Below are positions 1 through 9,772 of a stretch of DNA of 64,000 nucleotides, one piece after another. The first letter of the stretch is position 1, and every line of letters begins with the position of its first letter. Origin of the DNA: Vulcanimicrobiales bacterium (lineage in GTDB: Bacteria > Vulcanimicrobiota > Vulcanimicrobiia > Vulcanimicrobiales > Vulcanimicrobiaceae); NCBI GenBank assembly GCA_038231455.1, contig JBBRLI010000001.1, positions 288,001-352,000 on the forward strand, read 5' to 3'. The notes beneath the pieces are model-generated. The model was not told the DNA's origin, ran no database searches, and worked only from the letters and a program-made list of their open reading frames with translations. The translations under genes were made by a program, and so were the position numbers.

Positions 1-612
1 GAACTGGCCTGCACGTGCACGATTCTGGGCGATCCGGAATCGGGCGAGGCGATCGTGGTCGACGGCGGCGATGATGTCGACCACATCCTCGAACGTCTGA
101 ACGCAAACGGCTTACGCGCAAGTTACCTCGTGCACTCGCACGCCCACTTCGATCATATTGGTGCACTAGCGGATCTGCGCGACCGCACGGGCGCACGCGG
201 TCTGCTCCATCCGGGCGATCTGCCGCTCTACCGCGCGCTCGCGCGGCAGTACGAAGCATTCGGCATGGGCGAAGCCCCGCGCGTCGTCGACATCGATGCC
301 GATCTCGTCGAGGGCGAACGCATCACGGCGGGCGCGATCGAACTGACCGTGCACCATACGCCGGGTCACACGCCGGGGAGTTCGTGTTTCGTCTACGAAC
401 ACGCGGGCGCGACGACGATCCTTAGCGGCGACACGCTCTTTCGCGGGGCGATCGGACGCTGGGACATCGGCGGCACCTCGATGGAAGACATCGTCGCGTC
501 GATCCGCGAGAAGCTACTGCCGTACGCCGATGCAACAAGCGTGATCCCGGGACACGGTCCGGCGACGACCATCGGTCGCGAACGCACGACCAATCCGTAT
601 CTGCTCGGGTGA
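1..612 (+). CDS. MBL-fold metallo-hydrolase (glyoxalase II/YcbL-like), 5' truncated by window edge
   Basis: Frame is open from base 1 (ELACTCTILGDPESGEAIVVDGG); motifs HAHFDH, TPGHTPG, SGDTLF, PGHG. Confidence 0.9.
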   Translation, partial: ELACTCTILGDPESGEAIVVDGGDDVDHILERLNANGLRASYLVHSHAHFDHIGALADLRDRTGARGLLHPGDLPLYRALARQYEAFGMGEAPRVVDIDADLVEGERITAGAIELTVHHTPGHTPGSSCFVYEHAGATTILSGDTLFRGAIGRWDIGGTSMEDIVASIREKLLPYADATSVIPGHGPATTIGRERTTNPYLLG

Positions 613-1118
613 AAACGATGCCGATTCGCCACGCAAAAGAAGACGATCTGCGCGCGATCGTCGCGATCTATAATGAGGCAATTCCGACGCGCATGGCGAC
701 GGCGGATACGGAGATCGTCACCCCGGAGCAGCGCCGAGCATGGTTCTTCGACCACGACTCAACGCGTCGGCCGCTCATCGTGCACGAAACGGACGGTGCA
801 ATCGACGGCTGGCTCAGTTTGACCGATTTCTATGGTCGAGCCGCATATGCTCGAACGGCCGAAGTAAGCGTCTACGTCGCCGCAAGCGCCCGCCGCCGCG
901 GCGTCGCGCGCGTTCTGTTACTACACGCAATCGACCACGCGCCGGCGCTCGGCATCGACTCGTTCGTCGGCTTCATCTTCGCACACAACGGTCCGAGTAT
1001 TACGCTCTTCACCTCGTGCGGCTTCGTGCGCTGGGGAACGCTTCCGCGCGTTGCGATCATCGACGGTAACCATCGCGACTTGAGCATTTTCGGCCGCGAT
1101 ACGCGCGCGCTACGCTAA
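609..1118 (+). CDS. GNAT N-acetyltransferase (phosphinothricin/YncA-like)
   Basis: IYNEAI...ATAD, AEVSVYV, RRRGVAR acetyl-CoA motif, N-x-x-S; GTGA overlap with upstream gene. Confidence 0.85.
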   Translation: MKTMPIRHAKEDDLRAIVAIYNEAIPTRMATADTEIVTPEQRRAWFFDHDSTRRPLIVHETDGAIDGWLSLTDFYGRAAYARTAEVSVYVAASARRRGVARVLLLHAIDHAPALGIDSFVGFIFAHNGPSITLFTSCGFVRWGTLPRVAIIDGNHRDLSIFGRDTRALR

Positions 1119-1140
1119 GGACGGCGGCGTCTAAGGGATC

Positions 1141-1746
1141 ATGCACGATCCACGCTTCTTCGCCCGCGTCGACGAGAGCCCCGACGAACGCTTTTACGAA
1201 CCGGCGCGGCTCGTCGAGCATATCGATTCCGGCGCAATCGAAACGGTCACCGAACTCTATCGCGAACATCTGCCTGCGGATTCCGACATCTTAGATTTGA
1301 TGAGCAGCTGGGTCAGCCACTTGCCAAGCGATGTGGCGTATCGGTCCGTTGTTGGCCTGGGGATGAACGCCGAAGAGCTCCGTTCAAACCCGCGTCTCAC
1401 GCGCCACGTCGTTCAGAATCTCAACGAGCAACCGCAACTCCCGTTCGGAGATGCCGCATTCGACGCGGCGCTCATCTGTGTCTCGATTCAGTATCTGACC
1501 CAGCCCGTGCGCGTGTTTCGGGAACTGGCACGCGTCGCGCGACCGGGCGCAAAACTGATCGTTACGTTTTCGAATCGCTGTTTCCCAACAAAAGCGGTTG
1601 CCGTCTGGACGGCGACGAGCGATCGCGAGCATCTGCGCCTCGTGGCGGAGTACGTTCGCGATGCCGGCGGTTGGGACGAACCTCTTACCGCAGCGCGGCT
1701 CGGACGCGGCGACCCGCTCTTTTCGGTCGTCGCATCGCGGCAGTAA
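1141..1746 (+). CDS. Class I SAM-dependent methyltransferase
   Basis: DERFYEPARLVEHID, LDLMSSWVSHLP, LPFGDAAFDA, FSNRCFPTKAV. Confidence 0.85.
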   Translation: MHDPRFFARVDESPDERFYEPARLVEHIDSGAIETVTELYREHLPADSDILDLMSSWVSHLPSDVAYRSVVGLGMNAEELRSNPRLTRHVVQNLNEQPQLPFGDAAFDAALICVSIQYLTQPVRVFRELARVARPGAKLIVTFSNRCFPTKAVAVWTATSDREHLRLVAEYVRDAGGWDEPLTAARLGRGDPLFSVVASRQ

Positions 1747-1804
1747 ACCGCTTGGCGTTTGCGCTGTGAAAGGGCGAACGCAAGAGGCTCTCGTACCGCA
1801 CCGC

Positions 1805-2224
1805 ATGCAAGCTCTCGATCTAAGTATCGCTCCACCCCGAGCGCCGCGCGCCGAACTGAGCGGAATCGTCTTTCTCCCGCGCTCCATCGATAAAGCGCGG
1901 GCCTCGCTCCCGGGCGGCAATCTTGGCGAGTACACGATGAAGGGCTTCACCGCGACGATGCTCGAGATGTTCGGGATCACGGCCGAGGACTTTATCGTTC
2001 GCGTCCATGCGGCAACGACCGACGAGGAGATCGCGGCATTCGTGCGCGCGACCGCAAGCGCCGAACAAATCGCCGCGTGGCAGGCGCTCGTTGGGAAGCG
2101 TCTGCCGCGAAACGGCGACCGCGCTGCGGCGATCGAACATTATCCGTGGCTTGCGAATCGTCCCGATCTGATCCTCACCCTCGATGTTCTCGAAGAGGAC
2201 GATCGCCAAATGTTCGCGCGCTAG
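1805..2224 (+). CDS. DUF5069-like protein
   Basis: ATG at 1805; LDLSIAPPRAPRAELSGIVFLPRSIDKARA...LGEY resembles the DUF5069 N-terminus. Confidence 0.7.
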   Translation: MQALDLSIAPPRAPRAELSGIVFLPRSIDKARASLPGGNLGEYTMKGFTATMLEMFGITAEDFIVRVHAATTDEEIAAFVRATASAEQIAAWQALVGKRLPRNGDRAAAIEHYPWLANRPDLILTLDVLEEDDRQMFAR

Positions 2225-3975
2225 AGAATCTTCCCGTCATCGTCGTCGCCCAGTAAAAACGGACGAAGGAGCGGCACGGGCGGGTTGCCGTGCGCGAGTA
2301 ATGCTTGGTGAAAGCCCGCAAGCGTGAACGACGTGCCCATCTTCTTCTTATAGTCCGCGCGTAACTTGAGGATCTCGAGTTTGCCGAGCGTGTAGTACCC
2401 GTAGAGCGGGTCGCCCGTTCCACGTCGCGCTTCGATGCGCGAACTCGCCGGATCGACAAACGCTTGTTTTTGGAAGAAGTCCATGGCCGCTGGAACCGTC
2501 ATGCCTTGCGTGTGCATCTTCACGCCGACGACGTACCGTGCATTGCGCAGGATCGCTTCGCGCAATTGCATCAGACGCACGCGCGGATCGCCATCGCCCC
2601 AACCTTCATCGACGATCATCTGCTCGCAATAGTGCGCCCAGCCTTCGACGAACGAGTTTGCAGCGAGCAATTTTCCCGTGAGCGAGAGCTTTAAATGTTT
2701 GTCGATGATGTAGTTGGTGTAGTGGCCGGGGTAGACTTCGTGCGCGCTCACGATCGGACGCTCGAAATCGTTGAACGTCTCAAGATAGCTCTGCTGAACT
2801 TTAGGCGGGTCCTTGGGATCGACCGGCGTCACGTTATAGTACGCTTGCGTCGCGACGCTCTCGAGCGGCCCCGGAGCATCCATCGATGCAATCGATGTCT
2901 GACGCTCGAACTCGGGCGTGAGCGTGACTTTGATGTCGGCATCGGCTGGGAACTCGATGATGTGCTTGCGCTCTTCGAACGCGCGCAGCTTCACAAGATC
3001 GGCCTGCGAGGCTGGAATGAGGCCGGCGGCCGTCGGATGGATGCGTGCGACTTCATCGATCACGGCCTGAACGGACTTATTCGGATCGATTTGCTTGGCG
3101 ACCGCGACCATCTGGGCACGCGTCTGAGCGAGCGCGACGACACCGACACGCAAGTACGCATCGAGCGGCATGTCGATCGCTTCTTCATACTTCAGCCGCG
3201 CGGTATAGTTGGCTGCTCCGATCGCAAAATTCCCAACCGGATGCGTGACGAAGCCCGTTTTGAGCCAGCGAGCGAAATCGCGCGTTGCGTCGACCGCTGC
3301 TTGCGTCGAGGCGACGAACTCCGCTCGGAGCGTCTCATCGCCCGCCGTCGGGAACGCTTCGGGGACGGTCGCCTTGAGAAACGAGACCGCACCCATCGCG
3401 TCATCGTACGCGATTTGCGCGTTGTACTTGTCGACGGCCCTCAGGTTGACGCGTGCTTGCGCGAACATCGCGGGAATCTGTTTCTCGCGCGCGACGATCT
3501 TCGCTAGGCGAATTGCATCGGGCGCAAACTTACGGCTGAGGATCGAGAACACACCGCCCGTTGCAATATTCACGTAGTCATCGGCGTTATGGCGCCAGCG
3601 CTTCATCGCGTTGTTCTGCAGCAAATCATCTTGAATGGCGTTGATCACCATCATCCAGTCCAACCGAACCGAAGGCGAAAACGCCTGAGAATCGAGCTTC
3701 GTGAAACGCTCGAGGTAGTCGCGATCGAGGTCGATGCGCACCGCAAAATCGACCGCCGAATACGAGCCGAGCCGCGCATCGAACTGATGCAGTCCCGCGT
3801 TCGTTGCCGTCACCGGAGCCGCCGCAAAACCGGCGTCATAGTACGCCTTGGCTAGGACTGCGAACGCCGCATCGCCTTCGCCCGACGGCTCGACCGATCG
3901 AGCGGGGGTACCGGTGAGGGACAGGGCAACAAGAACTGCCGCCGCGACGAAACGGCGAAGGCGTGCGTTCATCAT
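2221..3975 (-). CDS. DUF885 family secreted protein
   Basis: Signal peptide after MMNARLRR; HEVYPGH, FVEGWAHYCE and YYTLGKLEI motifs; true start near 3975 rather than 4431. Confidence 0.85.
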   Translation of the reverse strand: MMNARLRRFVAAAVLVALSLTGTPARSVEPSGEGDAAFAVLAKAYYDAGFAAAPVTATNAGLHQFDARLGSYSAVDFAVRIDLDRDYLERFTKLDSQAFSPSVRLDWMMVINAIQDDLLQNNAMKRWRHNADDYVNIATGGVFSILSRKFAPDAIRLAKIVAREKQIPAMFAQARVNLRAVDKYNAQIAYDDAMGAVSFLKATVPEAFPTAGDETLRAEFVASTQAAVDATRDFARWLKTGFVTHPVGNFAIGAANYTARLKYEEAIDMPLDAYLRVGVVALAQTRAQMVAVAKQIDPNKSVQAVIDEVARIHPTAAGLIPASQADLVKLRAFEERKHIIEFPADADIKVTLTPEFERQTSIASMDAPGPLESVATQAYYNVTPVDPKDPPKVQQSYLETFNDFERPIVSAHEVYPGHYTNYIIDKHLKLSLTGKLLAANSFVEGWAHYCEQMIVDEGWGDGDPRVRLMQLREAILRNARYVVGVKMHTQGMTVPAAMDFFQKQAFVDPASSRIEARRGTGDPLYGYYTLGKLEILKLRADYKKKMGTSFTLAGFHQALLAHGNPPVPLLRPFLLGDDDDGKIL

Positions 3976-4066
3976 ACGCGCGGACGTTCTTTGCAGCGTG
4001 CAACCGAAGCCTGCCCGCTTGGCGTCTGACCATCCGTCCACCTGACCGCCCTCTGGAGATACCACT

Positions 4067-4651
4067 TTGCGTCGTTTTGCTGTCCTGACCGCCCTTGCCG
4101 TCACGCTCGCCTGCGCGCCGGCACTTGCCGAAACGTACGTCGGCGACACCGTCCACACGACCGCTGAGTTCAGCGTCACGCATTTCGGACTCTCGCGCGT
4201 CAAAGGCCTCATTCCGGTCAAATCTGCGACCGTCGTGACCGCCGCCGGCAAAGACATTCCAAGCTCGGTCGAGGCGACGCTCGATACGACGGGTTTCGAT
4301 ACGCGCAACGACCGTCGCGATAGCGAACTCAAAGGCGACAAGTGGCTCGACGCTGCGAAGTATCCGACGATCGACTTCAAGAGTACCTCGGTCACGCCAG
4401 CAGCAGACGGCACGTTCAACATCAACGGCAACTTGACGATTCATGGGACGACCAAACCCGTCGTGCTGTCCGGCCATCTCGAAGGCAAAGGCAAAGACGC
4501 CCGTGGGAACGATCGCGTCGCGTACACCGCGGCAGTCAAGTTCGACCGCCGCGACTTCGGCATCGCAAATCAGGCCGGCACGGCGGCCGCGCTCGTCGTG
4601 GGCAACGAAATCACGATTAGCATCGAATTCGAAGGCGCCGCGAAGCCGTAG
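4067..4651 (+). CDS. YceI family periplasmic polyisoprenoid-binding protein
   Basis: Signal peptide; HTTAEFSVTH, DTRNDRRD, YPTIDF, GNLTIHGTTKPV, RRDFGI. Confidence 0.9.
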   Translation: MRRFAVLTALAVTLACAPALAETYVGDTVHTTAEFSVTHFGLSRVKGLIPVKSATVVTAAGKDIPSSVEATLDTTGFDTRNDRRDSELKGDKWLDAAKYPTIDFKSTSVTPAADGTFNINGNLTIHGTTKPVVLSGHLEGKGKDARGNDRVAYTAAVKFDRRDFGIANQAGTAAALVVGNEITISIEFEGAAKP

Positions 4652-4698
4652 TCGCGCAAGGTCGCACGAGATGCGATCGGGCAATCTCGCAACGAAAG

Positions 4699-4731
4699 AA
4701 AAGAGGCACCGCGTAAGCGTTGCCTCTTTTT
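4699..4731. terminator. Bidirectional intrinsic terminator
   Basis: AAAAGAGGCA...TGCCTCTTTTT inverted repeat between convergent genes. Confidence 0.75.
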
Positions 4732-4749
4732 GATTCGCGATCATCGCGC

Positions 4750-5280
4750 TTAGTGGAGCTTGATTGTGACCATGCCGCCGGATTCGACGACTTTGGGACC
4801 GGCGGCTTCGTCTTGCGATGTCTTGCCGTTGCCGGGCTGATCGGAGAGTGCTGCGGCGGCGGCGACCGTTGCGCGCGCTTCATCGAGCATCGCGTCGGTA
4901 ATTTTGCCGGCGGCGCGCTTCGAGCGGTAGTCTTCGATCGCGGCGTTGAGCGCGAGGCGCGAACGTTCCGGATAGTCTTTCTTCTTTTCGGGATAGCCGC
5001 CGAGCGCAGCTTCGATATCCGCGTCGGTGATTGCGAGCGCTTGGTCGATCGTTTTGCCTTTGGCAAGCTCCACGAGCAAACTGCACGTTGCCGTGCCAAA
5101 CCCGCAGCCGGTCGTGAAGTACGAGATGTCCTCGATCACATCGCCCGGGCCGACGCGCAGAAAGTACGAGTACATGTCACCGCATGAGTCGCTGAAATAC
5201 TCGCCCGTCGCCATCGGGGCGTCCATGGTGCGGAACCCGGTCCGCTGTTCGACGAGCATTTGAAATTTGGCAAAATCCAC
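4750..5280 (-). CDS. IscU/NifU-N-like Fe-S scaffold protein (atypical)
   Basis: SCGD and GCGFG motifs, ELAKGKTIDQAL; third canonical Cys region reads KKDYP. Confidence 0.8.
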   Translation of the reverse strand: MDFAKFQMLVEQRTGFRTMDAPMATGEYFSDSCGDMYSYFLRVGPGDVIEDISYFTTGCGFGTATCSLLVELAKGKTIDQALAITDADIEAALGGYPEKKKDYPERSRLALNAAIEDYRSKRAAGKITDAMLDEARATVAAAAALSDQPGNGKTSQDEAAGPKVVESGGMVTIKLH

Positions 5281-5301
5281 GAGGCGGTGTACTCCTAAAG
5301 A

Positions 5302-5931
5302 CTAGCTGACTATTTCGAACCGGCACTCGGTGCCGCCGGTTGCGAGCGACTCCGTTTGCGTCGTCGTCGCGGGGACGTTCTCTTTGAAAATCGTGTGAAT
5401 GATCGAACAGACTTCGGGATGCTCGCCCACGGTCTTTGCGTACGGGCAATTATGTTCGTGGATGACATAGCCCGTGGCGGTCGTCTCGAGTTTCGCCTCA
5501 ACGCCCGATTCGCGCAGGATCGCCGTCAGCTCGATCACCCGTTCGGGCATGGCTTTATCGCCCAGCCGCTCGGCAACGCGTTCGGACGAGCGCTTGCCCA
5601 TCGCATCGAAGATCGATTTGACGGCCGCTTCGCCCCCCGATGCGCGGACCTCGCGCAAGACGGCGTTGAGCATCTTATCGTACTGCTGGGGGAAGAATCG
5701 CTCGGCATCGGCCGTCAGCGCGAACTCGTGCGTGGGCTTCGTCTTGCCACGACGCACCGCGTGCCCCGTGACCAACCCATCGCGCTCGAGAATGACGAGC
5801 TGCTGCCGGATGGCATTCGGCGAGAGACCGAACTCCTGGGCGAGTTCGAATGCCGAAGCCCCGTGACGTCCGCGCAGGGCCGTCACGATCTTCCCACGCG
5901 TCGTCTCAAAGAAGCGATCTTGCGGATTCAT
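5302..5931 (-). CDS. SufR-like winged-HTH transcription regulator
   Basis: N-terminal HTH (ELAQEFGLSPNAIRQQL), HNCPY...C...ECRF cysteines; divergent from sufC. Confidence 0.8.
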   Translation of the reverse strand: MNPQDRFFETTRGKIVTALRGRHGASAFELAQEFGLSPNAIRQQLVILERDGLVTGHAVRRGKTKPTHEFALTADAERFFPQQYDKMLNAVLREVRASGGEAAVKSIFDAMGKRSSERVAERLGDKAMPERVIELTAILRESGVEAKLETTATGYVIHEHNCPYAKTVGEHPEVCSIIHTIFKENVPATTTQTESLATGGTECRFEIVS

Positions 5932-5978
5932 TCCACCGTCGAGGATAGCACGCTATCGGAAGATAGTCCAGGCTTTCC

Positions 5979-6007
5979 TTGACTTTCTTCCGTAGACGTT
6001 TTACGAT
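5979..6007 (+). promoter_or_regulatory. Sigma70-type promoter of the suf operon
   Basis: TTGACT-N17-TACGAT; palindrome GATAGC-AC-GCTATC at 5944-5957 is a candidate operator. Confidence 0.65.
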
Positions 6008-6062
6008 GGGGGTCGCGTTCAACGCCCCTTTACTCTAAAGAACCGAAGCCAGGAGCTACCAA

Positions 6063-6836
6063 GTGTCGGATCGTGGTCTGCGCATCAAGGACTTGCGCGC
6101 CAGCGTTGCTGGAAAACAAATTCTCAACGGGATCGACTTGGTTGTTGAACCGGGCAAAGTCCATGCGCTGATGGGCCCCAACGGCAGCGGCAAATCGACG
6201 CTCGCCTTTGCGATGACGGGCCATCCGAATTATGAGATTCTCGGCGGCTCGGTCACCCTCGATGGCGAGGAGCTGATCGGCATGCCGCCCGACAAGCGTG
6301 CCAAGGCCGGCTTATTTCTCTCGTTTCAGTATCCGGCTGCGATCCCGGGCGTGAGCGTTGCAAACTTCATTCGTACCGCGCGTCAGTCGGTAAACCCGAC
6401 CGATCTTCCGCCCGCGAAATTCCGCAAGATGATCTTCGAGAAACTCGACGTGCTGGACATGGATCCGGCGTTTCTCAGCCGCTCGGTCAACGACGGCTTC
6501 TCGGGCGGTGAGAAAAAGCGCCTCGAGATGTTGCAGCTAGCGATCCTCAACCCAAAGTATGCGGTGCTCGATGAGACGGACTCGGGCCTCGATGTGGACG
6601 CGCTCGAATCGGTCGGCAAATCGGTCAACGCAATGCGCGAGACCGACGAAGGTAAAGAAACCGGCTTCCTCATCATCACGCACTATCCGCGCATCCTCCA
6701 GCACATCAAAGCCGATATCGTGCACATCATGATGGACGGACGCATCGTGAAAACCGGCGGCCCGGAACTGGCGAACGTGATCGAACGCGAAGGCTACGAC
6801 AAAATCCGTGAAGAGGTCGCGGGTGGCGTCGCTTAG
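6063..6836 (+). CDS. sufC: Fe-S cluster assembly ATPase SufC
   Basis: GPNGSGKS, FSGGEKKR, LDETDSGLD, ITHY. Confidence 0.95.
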   Translation: MSDRGLRIKDLRASVAGKQILNGIDLVVEPGKVHALMGPNGSGKSTLAFAMTGHPNYEILGGSVTLDGEELIGMPPDKRAKAGLFLSFQYPAAIPGVSVANFIRTARQSVNPTDLPPAKFRKMIFEKLDVLDMDPAFLSRSVNDGFSGGEKKRLEMLQLAILNPKYAVLDETDSGLDVDALESVGKSVNAMRETDEGKETGFLIITHYPRILQHIKADIVHIMMDGRIVKTGGPELANVIEREGYDKIREEVAGGVA

Positions 6837-8112
6837 TTTGGATCACGCGGGGATCTCGAGCGAGACGCTCGAGCACCTGATGGCCGGTGCATCGCCGGCC
6901 TTCGATGCCGCTGCACGTCGCACGGCCCTTGCCGCGTATGAAGCGCTGCCGTATCCGACCGCGTCGTACGGGCGGTACTGGAAGCACGACCTGCACAAGA
7001 TCGACCTGACCCACGTCGTAACGAGCGCCGCTCCGGCGACCGATTTTGCCGCGCCCGAAATCTTCGCAAGCGATGCACGTTCGGCGCAGATCAGTTTTAT
7101 CGACGGCGTTATCGCAATCGAACTGCCGGATGCACTCCGCGAACGCGGCGTAATCGTGACCGACCTTGCCACCGCTCGTCGCACGCATACAGCGCTGCTC
7201 GATGCGGCGCTCGGTACGACGGTGAACGTCGCAGACGACAAGTACGCAGCGCTCGCGCTGGCCTTCCAGAACGTGGGCGCATTCGTCCACATCCCCGCAG
7301 GCGTTGCCGTCGACCATCCGATCGTGATTCGCTACGCGGCCGTCGCAAACGATGCGTTTCCTTATACGGTAATCTCGGCCGGCGAGAACGCACGCGTGAC
7401 CGTGATCGAGCAACTCGTTACCGGCGATGCTCCCCGTTTTATGTGCGGAATCGCAGAGATTATCGCGGGAACCCGCGCCCAGGTCGACTATGCGATGGTG
7501 CAGTCGGCGAACATTCAATCGAAAACGATGATCGCTCGCGGCGCGACCGTCGGTAACGACGCCGTCGTGCGTATCGGCCTCGCGGAGCTTGGCTCGGCCC
7601 TAACCGTCGATACGCTCAAGGCGCTCGAACATGCGCCCGGCGGACATACGGATGTTGCGGGACTGTTTTTCGCCACGGGCGATCAGCACGTCGATCTCTC
7701 GACGCAGGTCGATCACGCCGTCGGTTCCACGACATCGAACACGATTATCAAGAGCGCCGCATCGGATCGCGGCCAAGCCCGGTATCTGGGCAACATCCGC
7801 ATCCGCAAATCCGCCCACGGCAGCGACAGCTCGCTGCGCGATGACGTGTTGTTGCTCAGTGAAAAAGCCCACGTCGACTCGATCCCCGCGCTCGAAATCG
7901 CCGCCAATGACGTCAAAGCGTTTCACGGCGCGACCGTCGGCGCAATCGATGCGGATCAGTTGTTCTACCTGATGAGCCGCGGCGTTCCGCGCGTTGAAGC
8001 CGAGCGTTTGATCGCGCTTGGATTCTTCGAACCGGCGATCGCCCAATTTCCCACCGAAACCTTGCGCGTGCATCTGCGTGAGGCACTCGAAGCGAAGGTT
8101 ACCGCCCAATGA
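6823..8112 (+). CDS. sufD: Fe-S cluster assembly protein SufD
   Basis: SIPALEIAANDVKAFHGATVG, FYLMSRG; GTG start at 6823 chosen (6808 possible). Confidence 0.9.
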   Translation: MASLSLDHAGISSETLEHLMAGASPAFDAAARRTALAAYEALPYPTASYGRYWKHDLHKIDLTHVVTSAAPATDFAAPEIFASDARSAQISFIDGVIAIELPDALRERGVIVTDLATARRTHTALLDAALGTTVNVADDKYAALALAFQNVGAFVHIPAGVAVDHPIVIRYAAVANDAFPYTVISAGENARVTVIEQLVTGDAPRFMCGIAEIIAGTRAQVDYAMVQSANIQSKTMIARGATVGNDAVVRIGLAELGSALTVDTLKALEHAPGGHTDVAGLFFATGDQHVDLSTQVDHAVGSTTSNTIIKSAASDRGQARYLGNIRIRKSAHGSDSSLRDDVLLLSEKAHVDSIPALEIAANDVKAFHGATVGAIDADQLFYLMSRGVPRVEAERLIALGFFEPAIAQFPTETLRVHLREALEAKVTAQ

Positions 8113-9359
8113 TCGCTACCGTCGATCCGAAAGAGGCCGCGATCGTCGCGGATTTCCCGATCCTCGCGACGGTGACGTCGCGCGGCAAGCGGCTTGTCTA
8201 TTTGGATTCGGCGGCGAGTTCGCAAAAACCCCAAGTCGTGATCGACTCGCTCGTGGACTACTACTCGAACTATAATGCGAATATCCACCGCGGCGTGTAT
8301 GAGATCGCCTCCCGCGCGACCGATGCATTTGAAGGCGCGCGCGAAAAAGTCGCGCGTTTTATCAACGCCGCAGAATCCGCTGAAGTCATCTGGACGCGCA
8401 ACACGACCGAAGCGATCAACCTCGTAAGCTTCACGTGGGGTATGGAGAATCTCAAGCCCGGCGATGCGATCCTTGCATCCGAGGTCGAGCACCACTCAAA
8501 CCTTGTGCCCTGGCAGTTACTCGCGGCAAAAACCGGCGCCGAACTGCGCTTGATACCAGTTGACGCGGTCGGCACGATGCAGATCGGCCAGCTCGATACG
8601 CTCCTACGTGGCGTGAAGCTTGTCGCGATTTCTCACATCTCGAATACGCTGGGATCGATCGCGCCGCTCGATGTCATCATCGCGAAAGCGCATGCGGTCG
8701 GCGCGGTCGTGCTCGTCGACGGCGCGCAATCGGTACCGCACATGCCGATCGACGTGCAGGCGCTCGATGTCGACTTCTTCGCGGCCAGCGGGCACAAGAT
8801 GTGCGGCCCGACCGGCATCGGCTTTCTCTACGGCAAACGCGCCTTGCTTGAGGCGATGCCGCCGTTCCTCACGGGCGGCGACATGATCAAGAAAGTCGGC
8901 TACGAGCACACGACGTTCAACGAACTCCCGTGGAAGTTCGAAGCGGGCACGAGCAACATCGCCGATGCAATCGCGCTTGGCGTCGCATGCGACTATCTCA
9001 CAAGCGTGGGCATGGACTGGATCCGTCAGCACGAGATCGCACTCACGCGTTACGCACTCGAACGGATGGCGCCGCTCGTATCGCGCGGACTTGCGATCTA
9101 CGGCCCGCCCAAAGCCGAAAACCGTGCCGGCGTCATCTCGTTTAATTTCGCCGACATCCACGCGCACGACATGGCCTCCATCCTGGACACCGAGGGCGTC
9201 TGCGTCCGCGCTGGACACCACTGCACGATGCCGCTCATGGACAAGATGGGCTGGCCCGCCACCGCGCGCGCCTCGTTCTATCTCTACAATACGGAAGCGG
9301 ATGTCGACGCACTGATCGCCGGCCTCGAAAAAGCCGCCGACGTCTTTCAGATCGCTTGA
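8109..9359 (+). CDS. sufS: Cysteine desulfurase SufS
   Basis: YLDSAASSQKP, SGHKMCGPTG, RAGHHC. Confidence 0.95.
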   Translation: MIATVDPKEAAIVADFPILATVTSRGKRLVYLDSAASSQKPQVVIDSLVDYYSNYNANIHRGVYEIASRATDAFEGAREKVARFINAAESAEVIWTRNTTEAINLVSFTWGMENLKPGDAILASEVEHHSNLVPWQLLAAKTGAELRLIPVDAVGTMQIGQLDTLLRGVKLVAISHISNTLGSIAPLDVIIAKAHAVGAVVLVDGAQSVPHMPIDVQALDVDFFAASGHKMCGPTGIGFLYGKRALLEAMPPFLTGGDMIKKVGYEHTTFNELPWKFEAGTSNIADAIALGVACDYLTSVGMDWIRQHEIALTRYALERMAPLVSRGLAIYGPPKAENRAGVISFNFADIHAHDMASILDTEGVCVRAGHHCTMPLMDKMGWPATARASFYLYNTEADVDALIAGLEKAADVFQIA

Positions 9360-9367
9360 TGTAGGCT

Positions 9368-9772
9368 ATGGACGACTTTTATAAAGAATATATCTTAGAT
9401 CATTACCGTAAGCCGCGGAACTTTGGACATCTTGAGAATCCGACGGCGAAGGCTGAGGATTTGAATCCGCTTTGTGGCGATACGATTACGATGGAACTCA
9501 AAGTGAATGCGGCGGGCATCGTTGAGGACATTGCGTTTTCCGGCAAGGGTTGTGCGATCTCGCAAGCCTCCGCCTCGATGCTCACCGAATCGATTCGCGG
9601 CGAGAAACTCGAAGACGTTGCGAAATTGCAGCAGCAGGTTGTGCTCGACAACGTCGGCTTTGGCATTACGCCCGCGCGCATGAAGTGCGCGATGCTCGGA
9701 CTCAAAGTGCTCAAGAGCGCGGCACTGGGCGAAATCGCAACCTGGCCCGACGAGGCGCCGCCCGCGCCATGA
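9368..9772 (+). CDS. sufU: SufU sulfur-transfer/scaffold protein
   Basis: ILDHYRKPRN, NPLCGD, GCAISQASAS, RMKCA. Confidence 0.9.
   Translation: MDDFYKEYILDHYRKPRNFGHLENPTAKAEDLNPLCGDTITMELKVNAAGIVEDIAFSGKGCAISQASASMLTESIRGEKLEDVAKLQQQVVLDNVGFGITPARMKCAMLGLKVLKSAALGEIATWPDEAPPAP

Noticed and set aside
3976-4431. N-terminal extension of the DUF885 ORF (likewise the GH125, thiG, ETF-QO and glcD extensions)
   Set aside because: The extensions overlap real neighbouring genes or precede clear downstream starts and signal peptides.
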